From an uncultured Chloroflexia bacterium (GTDB lineage: Bacteria; Chloroflexota; Dehalococcoidia; DSTF01; JALHUB01), in contig OY969814.1 in assembly GCA_963703345.1 (NCBI GenBank), forward strand, positions 1,472,001 through 1,536,000: a stretch of DNA of 64,000 bases. The letters are read 5' to 3'. The notes under the pieces were generated by a model. The model was given only the letters and a program-made list of their open reading frames with translations. It searched no databases and was not told the origin of the DNA. The first letter of the stretch is position 1. Every line of letters starts with the position of its first letter. Position numbers and translations under genes: made by a program. Of the stretch, positions 19,637 through 29,033 are shown in pieces.

Positions 19637-20386
19637 CTATTTCCAGCCGCTGCGGGCGCCGGCGGTCATCGCCAGCGGGCCCACCGGCCAGTTGAAGCCG
19701 TACACCATCGCCTTGTTGATGTCGTCTTCCGTAGCGACGCCCTCTTCGAGGATCTTTCGCGCCTCGGCCACAGCCGCGTAGTAGATTCGATTCGCGACGA
19801 AGCCGTACTTTCCCGGCGCGTCCTTCACGCGAATGGTGACCTTGCCCGCCTTCTCGCCGACCGCCTCCAGCCGGCGCACGGTCTCTTCCGACGTCTCGGG
19901 AGTGCTGATGATCTCGACAAGCTTCATCGCCGGCACGGGGCTGAACCAGTGCATCCCAGCGAAGCGCTCCCTCCGTGAGATGGCCTGGCTCAAGTCGGCG
20001 AGGGCGAAGCCCGACGTGTTGGTGGCGATTATCGCGTCCGGCCGGACGAGGGCGTCCAGCTCGGCGAATACCTTGCGCTTCAGGTCGAGGTTCTCGGGGA
20101 TCGCTTCGATCAGCAGGTCAACATCGCGCAGGTCTGCCATGTTCGTCGTAAAGGCAATCCTGGCCAGCGCCGCTTCCATTTCGGCTTCCGTCAGCTTGCC
20201 GCGCTGCACGCCAGCCCGCAGCCCGAACCGCCCGTCGACAATCGTCTCCCGCGTTTTGTCGAGGAGCTCCGGCGTCAGGTCGCGCAACACCACTCGATAG
20301 CCCGCGACTGCCAGCACTTGAGATATGCCGCCTCCCATCACGCCGCCGCCCATCATGCCTACCTTCGTTATGTCCTCTGACGCCAT
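19637..20386 (-). CDS. 3-hydroxyacyl-CoA dehydrogenase (short C-terminus)
   Basis: G.G.MG Rossmann fold; EAIPE, TNTS, GMH.F.P, GFVANR and P.GPL motifs. Confidence 0.88.
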   Translation of the reverse strand: MASEDITKVGMMGGGVMGGGISQVLAVAGYRVVLRDLTPELLDKTRETIVDGRFGLRAGVQRGKLTEAEMEAALARIAFTTNMADLRDVDLLIEAIPENLDLKRKVFAELDALVRPDAIIATNTSGFALADLSQAISRRERFAGMHWFSPVPAMKLVEIISTPETSEETVRRLEAVGEKAGKVTIRVKDAPGKYGFVANRIYYAAVAEARKILEEGVATEDDINKAMVYGFNWPVGPLAMTAGARSGWK

Positions 20387-20426
20387 GTCTCCTCCCATTC
20401 TCTCGGCGGGCCATCGCCGCGCCGTT

Positions 20427-21734
20427 CTACGTGCAGATTCGCCGCACGATCTCGTACAGCATCCGGACTCCCGTCGCCAGCTTCTCGACGGGGATTCGCT
20501 CGTCGTTGCCGTGTATCGTCGCTAGCTCTGCCGGCTCCAGCAGGCAGGGAACGAAGCCGTACGCAGTGACGCCGCGTCGCCGGAAAGCGCGCGAGTCCGT
20601 AAAGCCCGTCGCGATCGACGGGACGACGATGGCGTCGGGCACGACCTCAAGCGTGACCGCCTCGATGGTCCGGAACAGCTCTGTCTCCGCCGGCGAGATC
20701 GGCGTGTGCGACTCCATTACCTGCTCTATCTCGACTTGCGGGTCGCCGATCACAGACCGCACCTGCTCGATGAACGTCGCCGGGTCATGGCCGGGCAGCA
20801 GCCGGCAATCGAGCGTCGCCTCGGCGACCGAGGGGATGACGTTGGCTTTGACGCCGGCGTTGCACATCGTCGTGCTAACCGTGTCCGTCAGCAGCGCCGC
20901 AAGCAGCGGATTGCCCTCGGCAAGGCGGGCCAGCGCCGCCTCCGATGTCTCTTCGCCGGCGAGGCCGGCTTCCCGCAGGCGCTCCAGCATCGCCCGCACC
21001 TCCGGGAGCAGCTTGACCGGCCGTCGCCAGGACTGGACGTTGTAGAGCGCTCGGACCAGCCGCTCCAGGCAGTTATCCGCGTGGGGCACCGAGCCGTGTC
21101 CGGGCGCGCCGTGGGCGACGAGCCGCAGCCATAGCGGTCCCTTCTCGCCGATAGAGCAGGAAAAGATAGGACGCCGCAGTCCGAACATCTCAGTGCTGCC
21201 GTAGCCGCCCTCATTGATGACGTACTCGGCGTCGAACAGCTTCGGGTGGTTGGCGTCCAGCCAGTCGATGCCGCGGATGCCGCCTTGCTCCTCGTCGGCG
21301 CAGGCGAGGAAGAGGATGTCGCGCTGGAGCCGCAGCCCCTGGCGCTTCAGGATAAGCAGCGTCATCAACTCCATGACGCCCATCGACTTCATGTCGAGGG
21401 CGCCGCGGCCCCAGATGATGCCGTCCTTGACCAGCGCCGCGAAGGGGTCGACCTGCCAGAAGTCGCGCTCGGCGGGAACGACGTCGATGTGGTTGAGGAG
21501 GACGAGCGGGCGCTTCGAGCCGTCGCCGTGCAGCCGGGCCGCCAGGTTCGCGCGCTCCGGCTCCGAGGCGTGCGTCTCGCTGGCGATGCCGTTGTCTTTG
21601 AGCACGCTTGCCAGGAACTCGGCGCCGGCGCACTCGTTGCCCGGCGGGTTGCTCGTGTCGATGGCGATGTAGCGGCAGAGGAGGTCCGTCGCCTCGCGGC
21701 TCATAGCCTCCCAGTCGGTCCCTGCTTCGCTCAT
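20427..21734 (-). CDS. M20/M25/M40 metallopeptidase (ArgE/DapE-like)
   Basis: HIDVVP, GRGALDMK, DEE, GHGS and HG.DER motifs. Confidence 0.9.
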   Translation of the reverse strand: MSEAGTDWEAMSREATDLLCRYIAIDTSNPPGNECAGAEFLASVLKDNGIASETHASEPERANLAARLHGDGSKRPLVLLNHIDVVPAERDFWQVDPFAALVKDGIIWGRGALDMKSMGVMELMTLLILKRQGLRLQRDILFLACADEEQGGIRGIDWLDANHPKLFDAEYVINEGGYGSTEMFGLRRPIFSCSIGEKGPLWLRLVAHGAPGHGSVPHADNCLERLVRALYNVQSWRRPVKLLPEVRAMLERLREAGLAGEETSEAALARLAEGNPLLAALLTDTVSTTMCNAGVKANVIPSVAEATLDCRLLPGHDPATFIEQVRSVIGDPQVEIEQVMESHTPISPAETELFRTIEAVTLEVVPDAIVVPSIATGFTDSRAFRRRGVTAYGFVPCLLEPAELATIHGNDERIPVEKLATGVRMLYEIVRRICT

Positions 21735-21858
21735 GCAGTCTCCACCGTTCGCCGAAGTCGAGCGCATCATAACGCCTGTGCCGCTAAAGCTGTAGCAGCG
21801 CCTTCTGTCGCGGCACTGTGACTCCCGCCGCGTTCTTGGAAAAAGCTGACGAAACCCC

Positions 21859-21910
21859 TTGACATGATCGCCATATCTAGCTAGGCTATATATCTAGCGA
21901 GGCTAGCTAT
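21859..21910 (+). promoter_or_regulatory. sigma-70 promoter overlapped by tandem palindromic operators
   Basis: TTGACA-N17-TAGGCT; ATATCTAGC(T/G)AGGCTA repeated at 21873 and 21890, each part of an imperfect ATATCTAG-N5-CTAGATAT. Confidence 0.75.
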
Positions 21911-21929
21911 CAGGAACGCGGGAGGAGAC

Positions 21930-22349
21930 GTGGAAGCGCGCAGCAACGACTACTGGGAGATGCTCATCAACCGCAGCGTGCAGCGGTTCTTCCTTCTCTT
22001 CGCCCTGCACGAGCGCCCGCGCCACGGCTACGAGCTGGCCCGCGCCATACGCGAGGCTTGCGCCGGCTGCTGCGATCCTACCGACGCCATGATCTATCCG
22101 GCCCTGCGAGAGCTGGTCAACGGCGGCTACGTCGATTGCCGCGACGAAGTCGTCGGCGGGCGAACGCGCAAAGTCTGCCAGCTCACCGACAGGGGCGAAG
22201 AAGCGTATCGCGCGGCCGCGACGGCCTGGCAGCACATGCTGACGCCGCTGAACCGCGCCATCGATGCCGCGCTGCAATCATCGACGAAGAAAGCGACTTG
22301 CTGCTCTGGAATGGCAACGAAACGACCTGCGAAGTCGAAAGGAGACTGA
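21930..22349 (+). CDS. PadR-family regulator, Cys-rich
   Basis: HGYEL, IYPAL..L and R.RK...LT..G motifs; Cys clusters CAGCC and TCC. Confidence 0.88.
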   Translation: MEARSNDYWEMLINRSVQRFFLLFALHERPRHGYELARAIREACAGCCDPTDAMIYPALRELVNGGYVDCRDEVVGGRTRKVCQLTDRGEEAYRAAATAWQHMLTPLNRAIDAALQSSTKKATCCSGMATKRPAKSKGD

Positions 22350-22350
22350 C

Positions 22351-23157
22351 ATGCCCGAGAACAACGCCGAAGACATCAAGCGGGCGGTCCTGAGCCGCTA
22401 CAGCCTGCACGCCCAGCGACGCCTCGCCGCGCTCCAGGAGACCGGCGGTTCGTCCTGCTGCGGCGCGCCGTCCCCCGAAGTAACGAGTTGCGGCTGCGGC
22501 GAAAGCGACGCCCTCGCTGACGCCAACGTCGCCGGGATGCTCTACTCCGCCGAAGAGCTGCGCGACCTGCCGGAGGACGTGCTCACCTCGCTCGGCTGCG
22601 GCAATCCGACCGCCATCGCCGCTCTCAGCGAAGGCGAATCGGTGCTGGACCTGGGCAGCGGCGGCGGCCTCGACTGCTTCCTCGCCGCGGGGAAGGTCGG
22701 GCCAGCGGGCAAAGTCGTCGGTCTCGACATGAGCGCCGACATGATTCAGCTCGCCCGTCGCAACGCCGGCCGCATCGGCGCTGAAAACGTGCGCTTCCGC
22801 CTCGGCGAGATGGAGGACATGCCCTTCGACGACGGCTCCTTCGACGTCATCATTTCCAACTGCGTCATCAACCTCTCGCCGGACAAGGACGCCGTCCTAG
22901 GCGAGGCGCACCGCGTCCTGAAGCCCGGCGGACGGCTGCGCGCCTCCGACATCGTCTGGACGCGAGAGCCGACGGAGCAGCAGCGAGCGGACCTCGAAGG
23001 CTGGACCGCCTGCGTCGCCGGCGCCCTCACCGATGCCGACTACGTCGCCAAGCTGCGTGTCGCCGGCTTCGAGGACATCCGCGTCGAGCCGAAAGAGGGC
23101 ACGGCCCCGGACAGCAGCCTCTTCAGCGCCTATATCTCCGCGGAGAAGAACCGCTAA
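22351..23157 (+). CDS. arsM: Arsenite S-adenosylmethionine methyltransferase
   Basis: SSCCG, LGCGNP, VLDLGSGGG.DC, SNCVINL and W..CVAGAL motifs. Confidence 0.88.
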   Translation: MPENNAEDIKRAVLSRYSLHAQRRLAALQETGGSSCCGAPSPEVTSCGCGESDALADANVAGMLYSAEELRDLPEDVLTSLGCGNPTAIAALSEGESVLDLGSGGGLDCFLAAGKVGPAGKVVGLDMSADMIQLARRNAGRIGAENVRFRLGEMEDMPFDDGSFDVIISNCVINLSPDKDAVLGEAHRVLKPGGRLRASDIVWTREPTEQQRADLEGWTACVAGALTDADYVAKLRVAGFEDIRVEPKEGTAPDSSLFSAYISAEKNR

Positions 23158-23178
23158 GCCGCGCTGGATCCACGAAAC

Positions 23179-23433
23179 CTAGTTGATCGGATGACCGCAG
23201 TTGGGGCAGGCCGTAATGGGTCCGCCTGGAGAAACGATGAGCCCGAAGGTGGAGTGGCACTTTGGGCATGTGTAATTGGCCAGAGATTCAGGAGCGGTGG
23301 GACCCGTTGCCGGGACGAGAGGACCGCCACAACGCGGACAGTCGCGTTCGGCCTGGCCCACCTGGACGAGCGCGCCAAAGGTGCTGCCACATCGTGTGCA
23401 TCGGTACCCAAAGCTAACGTTCGCCTCGCTCAT
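23179..23433 (-). CDS. Double zinc-ribbon small protein (4x CxxC)
   Basis: CTRC, CPRC, CPKC and CPNC; ATGA overlap with the HNH stop; SD GGAGGGG. Confidence 0.65.
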   Translation of the reverse strand: MSEANVSFGYRCTRCGSTFGALVQVGQAERDCPRCGGPLVPATGPTAPESLANYTCPKCHSTFGLIVSPGGPITACPNCGHPIN

Positions 23434-23894
23434 TTCTCCCCTCCAATGTCGATACCTGTTACCCGTTTTGCGTCGGAGGCATCCACTATTACTTTGGTGC
23501 CAGACTTTATGCGTGTGGGCTTTCTGATGCGCGCTCCCGCCACATCGTCAGCGTTCTGAGCCCGAACCGTTATCTCCCCCGCCAGTTCGCTCACCGTGCC
23601 TTCATCTAGATGACGAACGTACTCCTCGTGTGCAGCTTTTTCTCGTTTTAGTCGTTCAACGGTCCACGCATTGATGTCCCCGTCGACCGTGCTGTGGCAA
23701 TTTGGGCACAATAGAATCAGGTTTTCATAGGCGTTCAAGTCCCGAGGGAGCATATGCGGATCGGCCCTCGGCCCACCTGCCTCACGGGCGAATATGTGAG
23801 CCTCCTCCAGCTCAACCTCCGAGTGAGGACGCTTGCACAGCGAACACATACCGCGGGCTAGACCCCAGAGCTTCTTGCGATCGGATTGGCGCAT
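23430..23894 (-). CDS. HNH endonuclease
   Basis: LW..A.G.CS.C, EAHI....GGPR, N.YENLILLCPNCH..VD and K..HE motifs. Confidence 0.85.
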   Translation of the reverse strand: MRQSDRKKLWGLARGMCSLCKRPHSEVELEEAHIFAREAGGPRADPHMLPRDLNAYENLILLCPNCHSTVDGDINAWTVERLKREKAAHEEYVRHLDEGTVSELAGEITVRAQNADDVAGARIRKPTRIKSGTKVIVDASDAKRVTGIDIGGEK

Positions 23895-24171
23895 CGCCGT
23901 TACTCTACCACGATACGAGTTCGTTAAGGAATAGCGTTTTCAACTAACACTGATCGGAATCTCACCCCAAGTTGTGGGTGGGGAGAAACGGACAGCCGCC
24001 CTCATGAGGCCCAGTAACCCGCCCCGTTCTCCCGGACCCGTGTCTGCCGCCGCTCTCTTCCGGCCGGCCGACTGCGGCTTCTCCCTGTTCTTGACGACTA
24101 TCTGTACGGCTGCCACAATACGACAGCCCTCCCGTAGGCCGCGCTGTGGCCCTAGCGAAAGGAACGGGGAC

Positions 24172-24996
24172 ATGGTCAAGAAAGCACTCATCCTCGCCGG
24201 CCTGCTGCTCGTAGCCCTGGCCGTTGCCTGTGGCGGCTCATCGAAGTCGTCGGAGAAAAACGACAACAGCGCCACGACCGCCGCGACGAGAGAGGCCGCG
24301 CCCACGTCGAAAGCCGCGCCTAGCGCGGAGGCGACCGCCAGCGGCTCCTCCGATAGCTCCTTCAACCCCCTCAGCTTTCTGACGGGCGATCTGTTCGGCG
24401 CCGACGCGCTGGCGGCGGAAGCCGCGGTTGTGGGCGAGGCAGACCCGGACCTGAAGGCGGTCCTCCTGACCGAGAGCGACCTGCCTTCCGACTACCAGGC
24501 CGCCGCCGGTGACATGGGCTTCACGATGGACATGCCCGACGGCCAGATGAAGATGGCGATGCGCTCGCTCGCGCAGGGCGGCTCCGCCGAATCAGGCCCA
24601 GTCGTCATGTCGGCGGCGATGACTCTGCCCGCCTCGGAGCTGTCGAAGTTCAATTCGCAGCTTGACCAGCTCGACCAGATGTCCACGGTCGACTTGGAAC
24701 AGCAAATGACCGGCACCTCGGCCCTGGGCATGGCGTTCAAGGACTTCAGTGTGAAGAAGACCGACATCGGCGACGGCGGAGTTTCGATGCACATAGTCAT
24801 GGACATGAGCGGCCTGGCCCAGGCCTTCGGCGGTAGCTCCGACCAGTTGGGCGCGTTCCAGAGCGGCATCGCCTTCGACGCCTACGTCTTCAAGCACGGT
24901 GACCGCGTCCTAATGACGATGTCGATGTGGCCGGCGGGCCAGGACGCGCCCGTCGACGCCGAGGCGCTGGCGAAGAAGATGGACTCGCGCGCCTAG
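24172..24996 (+). CDS. Lipoprotein of unknown function
   Basis: Signal MVKKALILAGLLLVALAVA-C (lipobox); Ser/Thr/Ala linker; upstream TTGACG-N17-CACAAT. Confidence 0.8.
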   Translation: MVKKALILAGLLLVALAVACGGSSKSSEKNDNSATTAATREAAPTSKAAPSAEATASGSSDSSFNPLSFLTGDLFGADALAAEAAVVGEADPDLKAVLLTESDLPSDYQAAAGDMGFTMDMPDGQMKMAMRSLAQGGSAESGPVVMSAAMTLPASELSKFNSQLDQLDQMSTVDLEQQMTGTSALGMAFKDFSVKKTDIGDGGVSMHIVMDMSGLAQAFGGSSDQLGAFQSGIAFDAYVFKHGDRVLMTMSMWPAGQDAPVDAEALAKKMDSRA

Positions 24997-25021
24997 GCGC
25001 CCCTACGATTCGCACCCACCG

Positions 25022-25060
25022 AGGCCGCGGGGCGGAACGGCGTCCCGCGGCCTTTCTTTT
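25022..25060 (+). terminator. Rho-independent terminator
   Basis: AGGCCGCGGG..CCCGCGGCCT followed by TTCTTTT. Confidence 0.75.
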
Positions 25061-25128
25061 GGCCCAATCTCGCCTCGGTCCGCTTCGTGGCATTTCCGTG
25101 CAAAAACTGCATAAAACGCCAATAAGTC

Positions 25129-25157
25129 TTGACACCGTCTCGGGCGCATCCTATAGT
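25129..25157 (+). promoter_or_regulatory. sigma-70 promoter of the suf operon
   Basis: TTGACA-N17-TATAGT. Confidence 0.75.
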
Positions 25158-25209
25158 TGGGGTAGATAGGCGCGCTTTCTCGAAGGAAGCGATAGCAAGG
25201 TGGTGTCGA

Positions 25210-25977
25210 GTGCCCGCGAAAGAGCCTTTCTTCAAGATCGACAATCTCCACGTCAATGTCGAGTCCCGCGAGATCGTCAAAGGCCTCAGCCTGGAAGTCG
25301 GTCGTGGCGAAGTGCACGCGATAATGGGCCCCAACGCCTCCGGCAAAAGCACCCTCGCCAACGCCATCATGGGACACCCGCGCTACGAGGTGACCGCGGG
25401 AAGAGTGCTGTTCAAGGGCGAAGACATCACATCGCTCGGCTCGGACGAGCGGGCCCGCCGTGGTCTCTTCCTCGCCTTCCAGTACCCGCTGGCGATTCCC
25501 GGCGTCACGATGGTCAATTTCCTCCGCACGGCGCTGCGTGCTGTCCGCGGCAGTGACGTGCCGGTCCGCGAGTTCCGGGCGATGCTGCATGAGACCATGG
25601 CGAAGCTGAAGATCGACGAGGACTTCGCCCGCCGCTACGTCAACGATGGCTTCTCTGGCGGCGAGATGAAGCGGGCCGAGGTGCTGCAAATGGGCATCCT
25701 CCAGCCCGACATGGCGATTCTCGACGAGACCGACTCCGGCCTGGATATCGACGCCCTCCGCACCGTCTCCGAAGGCGTCAACAGCCTGATGAGCAAGGAC
25801 CGCGCCATGCTGGTGATCACCCACTATCAGCGCATCCTGAACTACGTTCAGCCGCAGTTCGTCCACGTCCTCTTCGACGGGCGCATCATCAAGTCCGGCG
25901 GCCGCGAGCTGGCCGAGGAACTGGAAGCGGAAGGTTATGAACGCCTTACCGGCGCCGCTTCGGAGGTGGCTTCATGA
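25210..25977 (+). CDS. sufC: Fe-S assembly ATPase
   Basis: [20 protein letters not shown] and DETDSGLD motifs; GTG start inferred downstream of the promoter. Confidence 0.93.
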   Translation: MPAKEPFFKIDNLHVNVESREIVKGLSLEVGRGEVHAIMGPNASGKSTLANAIMGHPRYEVTAGRVLFKGEDITSLGSDERARRGLFLAFQYPLAIPGVTMVNFLRTALRAVRGSDVPVREFRAMLHETMAKLKIDEDFARRYVNDGFSGGEMKRAEVLQMGILQPDMAILDETDSGLDIDALRTVSEGVNSLMSKDRAMLVITHYQRILNYVQPQFVHVLFDGRIIKSGGRELAEELEAEGYERLTGAASEVAS

Positions 25978-27380
25978 CCGACCGCAAGGCCGTCGAGATA
26001 GCCGAAGACGGCTACAAGTGGGGCTTCCACGACGAGGCGCGCTACATCTTCCGGACCGAGAAGGGCCTCTCGCGCAAGGTCGTCCAGCAGATCGCGGGCA
26101 TCAAAGAGGAGCCGGAGTGGATGCGGGAGATGCGACTTCGCGCGCTCGAGGTCTTCGAGTCGAAGCCGATGCCCGGCTGGGGGCCCGACCTTTCGGCGGT
26201 GAACCTGGACGATATGTACTACTACGCGCGCGCCAGCGACCGCGCTGAACGTGACTGGGAGGACGTGCCGGACTACATCCGTCAGACGTTCGACCGGCTG
26301 GGCATACCGGAGGCGGAGCGCAAGTTCCTCGCCGGCGTCGGCGCCCAGTACGACTCGGAGACCGTCTATCACAACATCCGCCAGGAGCTGTCGAAGCAAG
26401 GCGTCATCTTCGTCAACATGGACACGGCTGTCCGCGAGTACCCGGAGCTGGTCCGCCGCTACTTTGGCACCATCGTGCCGCCCGGCGACAACAAGTTTTC
26501 GGCTTTGAATAGCGCCGTCTGGAGCGGCGGCAGCTTCATCTACGTGCCGGAGGGCGTGCGCGTCAACGTGCCGCTTCAGGCCTACTTCCGCATCAATGCC
26601 GAGAACATCGGCCAGTTCGAGCGCACGCTCATCATCGCCGAGCCCGGCAGCTTCGTCCACTATATCGAAGGCTGCACGGCGCCTATATACACCAGCAACT
26701 CCCTGCACGCCGCCGTGGTCGAAGTCATCGTCAAGAAGGGCGCGCGGGTGCGCTACAGCACCGTCCAGAACTGGTCGACGAACGTCTACAACCTTGTGAC
26801 GAAGCGCTCCGTCGCTTATGAGGACGCCGTAATTGAGTGGGTCGACGGCAATCTCGGCAGCAAAGTCACGATGAAGTACCCGGCGATCTATCTCATGGAG
26901 CCGGGCGCCCGCGGCGAGGTGCTGTCTCTCAGCTTCGCCGGCCGCGGCCAGCATCAGGACGCCGGCGCCAAAGCCGTCCATGTGGCGCCGTACACCAACT
27001 CCGTCATAACCTCCAAGTCCATCAGCAAGGACGGCGGCCGCGCCAGCTACCGCGGCCTGGTGAAGGCCTACCGTGGCGCGAAGGGCATCCGTTCCTCCGT
27101 CCGCTGCGACGCTTTGCTTCTCGACGAAGACTCGCGCTCCGACACCTACCCGACGATGGAGATCGACGAGCGCGACGTCTCGGTCAGCCACGAGGCGAGC
27201 GTCAGCAAGGTCAGCGAAGAGCAGCTCTTCTACCTGCGCAGTCGCGGCATCGACGAGCAGGAGGCGACGAAGATGATCGTCAACGGCTTCGTGGAGCCGG
27301 TCGTGAAAGAGCTGCCGATGGAGTACGCGGTCGAGCTGAACCGGCTCATTGAGCTGCAACTGGAGGGGGCGATAGGCTAG
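25974..27380 (+). CDS. sufB: Fe-S scaffold
   Basis: [16 protein letters not shown] and GSKVTMKYP motifs. Confidence 0.96.
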   Translation: MTDRKAVEIAEDGYKWGFHDEARYIFRTEKGLSRKVVQQIAGIKEEPEWMREMRLRALEVFESKPMPGWGPDLSAVNLDDMYYYARASDRAERDWEDVPDYIRQTFDRLGIPEAERKFLAGVGAQYDSETVYHNIRQELSKQGVIFVNMDTAVREYPELVRRYFGTIVPPGDNKFSALNSAVWSGGSFIYVPEGVRVNVPLQAYFRINAENIGQFERTLIIAEPGSFVHYIEGCTAPIYTSNSLHAAVVEVIVKKGARVRYSTVQNWSTNVYNLVTKRSVAYEDAVIEWVDGNLGSKVTMKYPAIYLMEPGARGEVLSLSFAGRGQHQDAGAKAVHVAPYTNSVITSKSISKDGGRASYRGLVKAYRGAKGIRSSVRCDALLLDEDSRSDTYPTMEIDERDVSVSHEASVSKVSEEQLFYLRSRGIDEQEATKMIVNGFVEPVVKELPMEYAVELNRLIELQLEGAIG

Positions 27381-27384
27381 CGCC

Positions 27385-28692
27385 ATGTTGAGCTCCGTTG
27401 CCAGCCGCGAACATCAGGCCATCGAGCAAATATCCGCTCGCAACGACGAGCCGGTCTGGCTCCTCCAGCATCGTCTGAAGGCCTCCCGCCTCTACGGCGA
27501 CATGTTGCTGCCGACCGGCCAGGAGGAAGAATGGCGCCGGGTGGACCTGCGGGCCGCGAACGTAGATGGCCTGGACCTGTCGGCGGGACCATCAGATGCG
27601 ACGGCGTCAGCCACGTTGCATGACGAAGAAGGCTACGGCGGCCAGATCGTGCAGCAGGACGGACTGACGCTGCGCCGGCGCCTCTCCCGCGAGATCGAAC
27701 GGCAGGGCGTGATCTTCACGGACCTTCATGCCGCCGCCCGAGAGCAGCCGGATCTCTTCCGAGCCAATTTCATGACAGAAGCCGTGCAGCCGATAGTCTG
27801 GAAGCTGGTCGCCTTGCACGCCGCTCTCTGGAAAGGCGGCGTCTTTCTACACGTCCCCGCCGGCGCTAATATCACCGTTCCTCTCCACGCCCGCGTGGGC
27901 GGGTCTGATGCCGAAGCCATCTTTCCGCACACCCTCATCGTCGCCGAAGAGGGCAGCAGCGCCACCCTCGTCGAAGAGCAGGTTTCCGACGAGAGCGGAC
28001 GCCACAAGTTCAGCAGCGGCGTCGTCGAGATCCTCGTGCGACGCGGCGCCGGCGTCCGCTACGTCGGCGTCCAGGACTGGAGCCGGAACGCCAACGCCTT
28101 CGCGACCATCCGCGCGATTGTCGACGAAGAAGGATACCTGGAGCTCGGCCTTATCGGCACCGGCGGCCGCACCACGAAGACCAACGTTGAAGTCATCCTT
28201 TCGGCGCCGGGGGCTACAGCCAGCATCGCCGGCCTCTTCCTGGCCTCAGGCGAGCAGCAGATGAGCTACGCCACTCTCCAGGACCATCGCGCGCGCAACA
28301 CGACGAGCGATCTGCTTCTGAAGTCCGCCATAAAGGACAGCGCCCTGCTGGTCTGGAACGGCCTGACGCGCATTCGTAAGGGCGCCGGCGAAAGCGATGC
28401 CAATCAGACCAGCCGCAACCTGCTTCTCGGCGAGAACGCCCGCGTAGCGCCGATTCCCGTGCTCGAGATCGAGGCGCACGACGTCGCCCGCTGCAGCCAC
28501 GGGGTCACCGTTAGCTCGGTGGACGAAGACCAGCTCTACTACATGATGTCGCGCGGTCTTAGCCGGCAGGAGGCGACAGAAGCCATCGTCGACGGCTTCT
28601 TCCGGCAGGGGCTGGAGCGCCTGAGCCTCGTCCGCGCCTACGATTTCGTCGGCCGTCTCCTTGAGCGCCGGCTGGTGGCGAAGGCAGCCTGA
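27385..28692 (+). CDS. sufD: Fe-S assembly protein
   Basis: EEWRR, P.LEI...DV.RCSHG and YYMMSRG motifs. Confidence 0.92.
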   Translation: MLSSVASREHQAIEQISARNDEPVWLLQHRLKASRLYGDMLLPTGQEEEWRRVDLRAANVDGLDLSAGPSDATASATLHDEEGYGGQIVQQDGLTLRRRLSREIERQGVIFTDLHAAAREQPDLFRANFMTEAVQPIVWKLVALHAALWKGGVFLHVPAGANITVPLHARVGGSDAEAIFPHTLIVAEEGSSATLVEEQVSDESGRHKFSSGVVEILVRRGAGVRYVGVQDWSRNANAFATIRAIVDEEGYLELGLIGTGGRTTKTNVEVILSAPGATASIAGLFLASGEQQMSYATLQDHRARNTTSDLLLKSAIKDSALLVWNGLTRIRKGAGESDANQTSRNLLLGENARVAPIPVLEIEAHDVARCSHGVTVSSVDEDQLYYMMSRGLSRQEATEAIVDGFFRQGLERLSLVRAYDFVGRLLERRLVAKAA

Positions 28693-28694
28693 AA

Positions 28695-29033
28695 ATGATG
28701 CGCGAGGCTGTGAAGGTAGCGGCAACGCGGGATATCCCGCCGGGAGCGGTCAAGGTAGTGGACACAATGGGACGCCGGATCGCAATCTGCAACCTCGGCG
28801 GTGAGTACTTCGCGGTCGACGACGTTTGCACGCACGACGGCGGACCGCTGGGCAGCGGCAGGCTCTGCGACGGCGAGATCGAATGCCCGCGCCACGGCGG
28901 TCGCTTCGATGTTCGCAGCGGTCGCGCCACCGTCTTTCCGGCTGTGAATGCGATTCGTACCTACCAGGTGTCAGTCAGCGGCGGAGACGTGGTGCTGTCG
29001 ATTCCCGGGGGGGCAGGAGGACGCGATGTTTGA
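28695..29033 (+). CDS. Rieske ferredoxin
   Basis: CTH and CPRHG..FD motifs. Confidence 0.88.
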   Translation: MMREAVKVAATRDIPPGAVKVVDTMGRRIAICNLGGEYFAVDDVCTHDGGPLGSGRLCDGEIECPRHGGRFDVRSGRATVFPAVNAIRTYQVSVSGGDVVLSIPGGAGGRDV

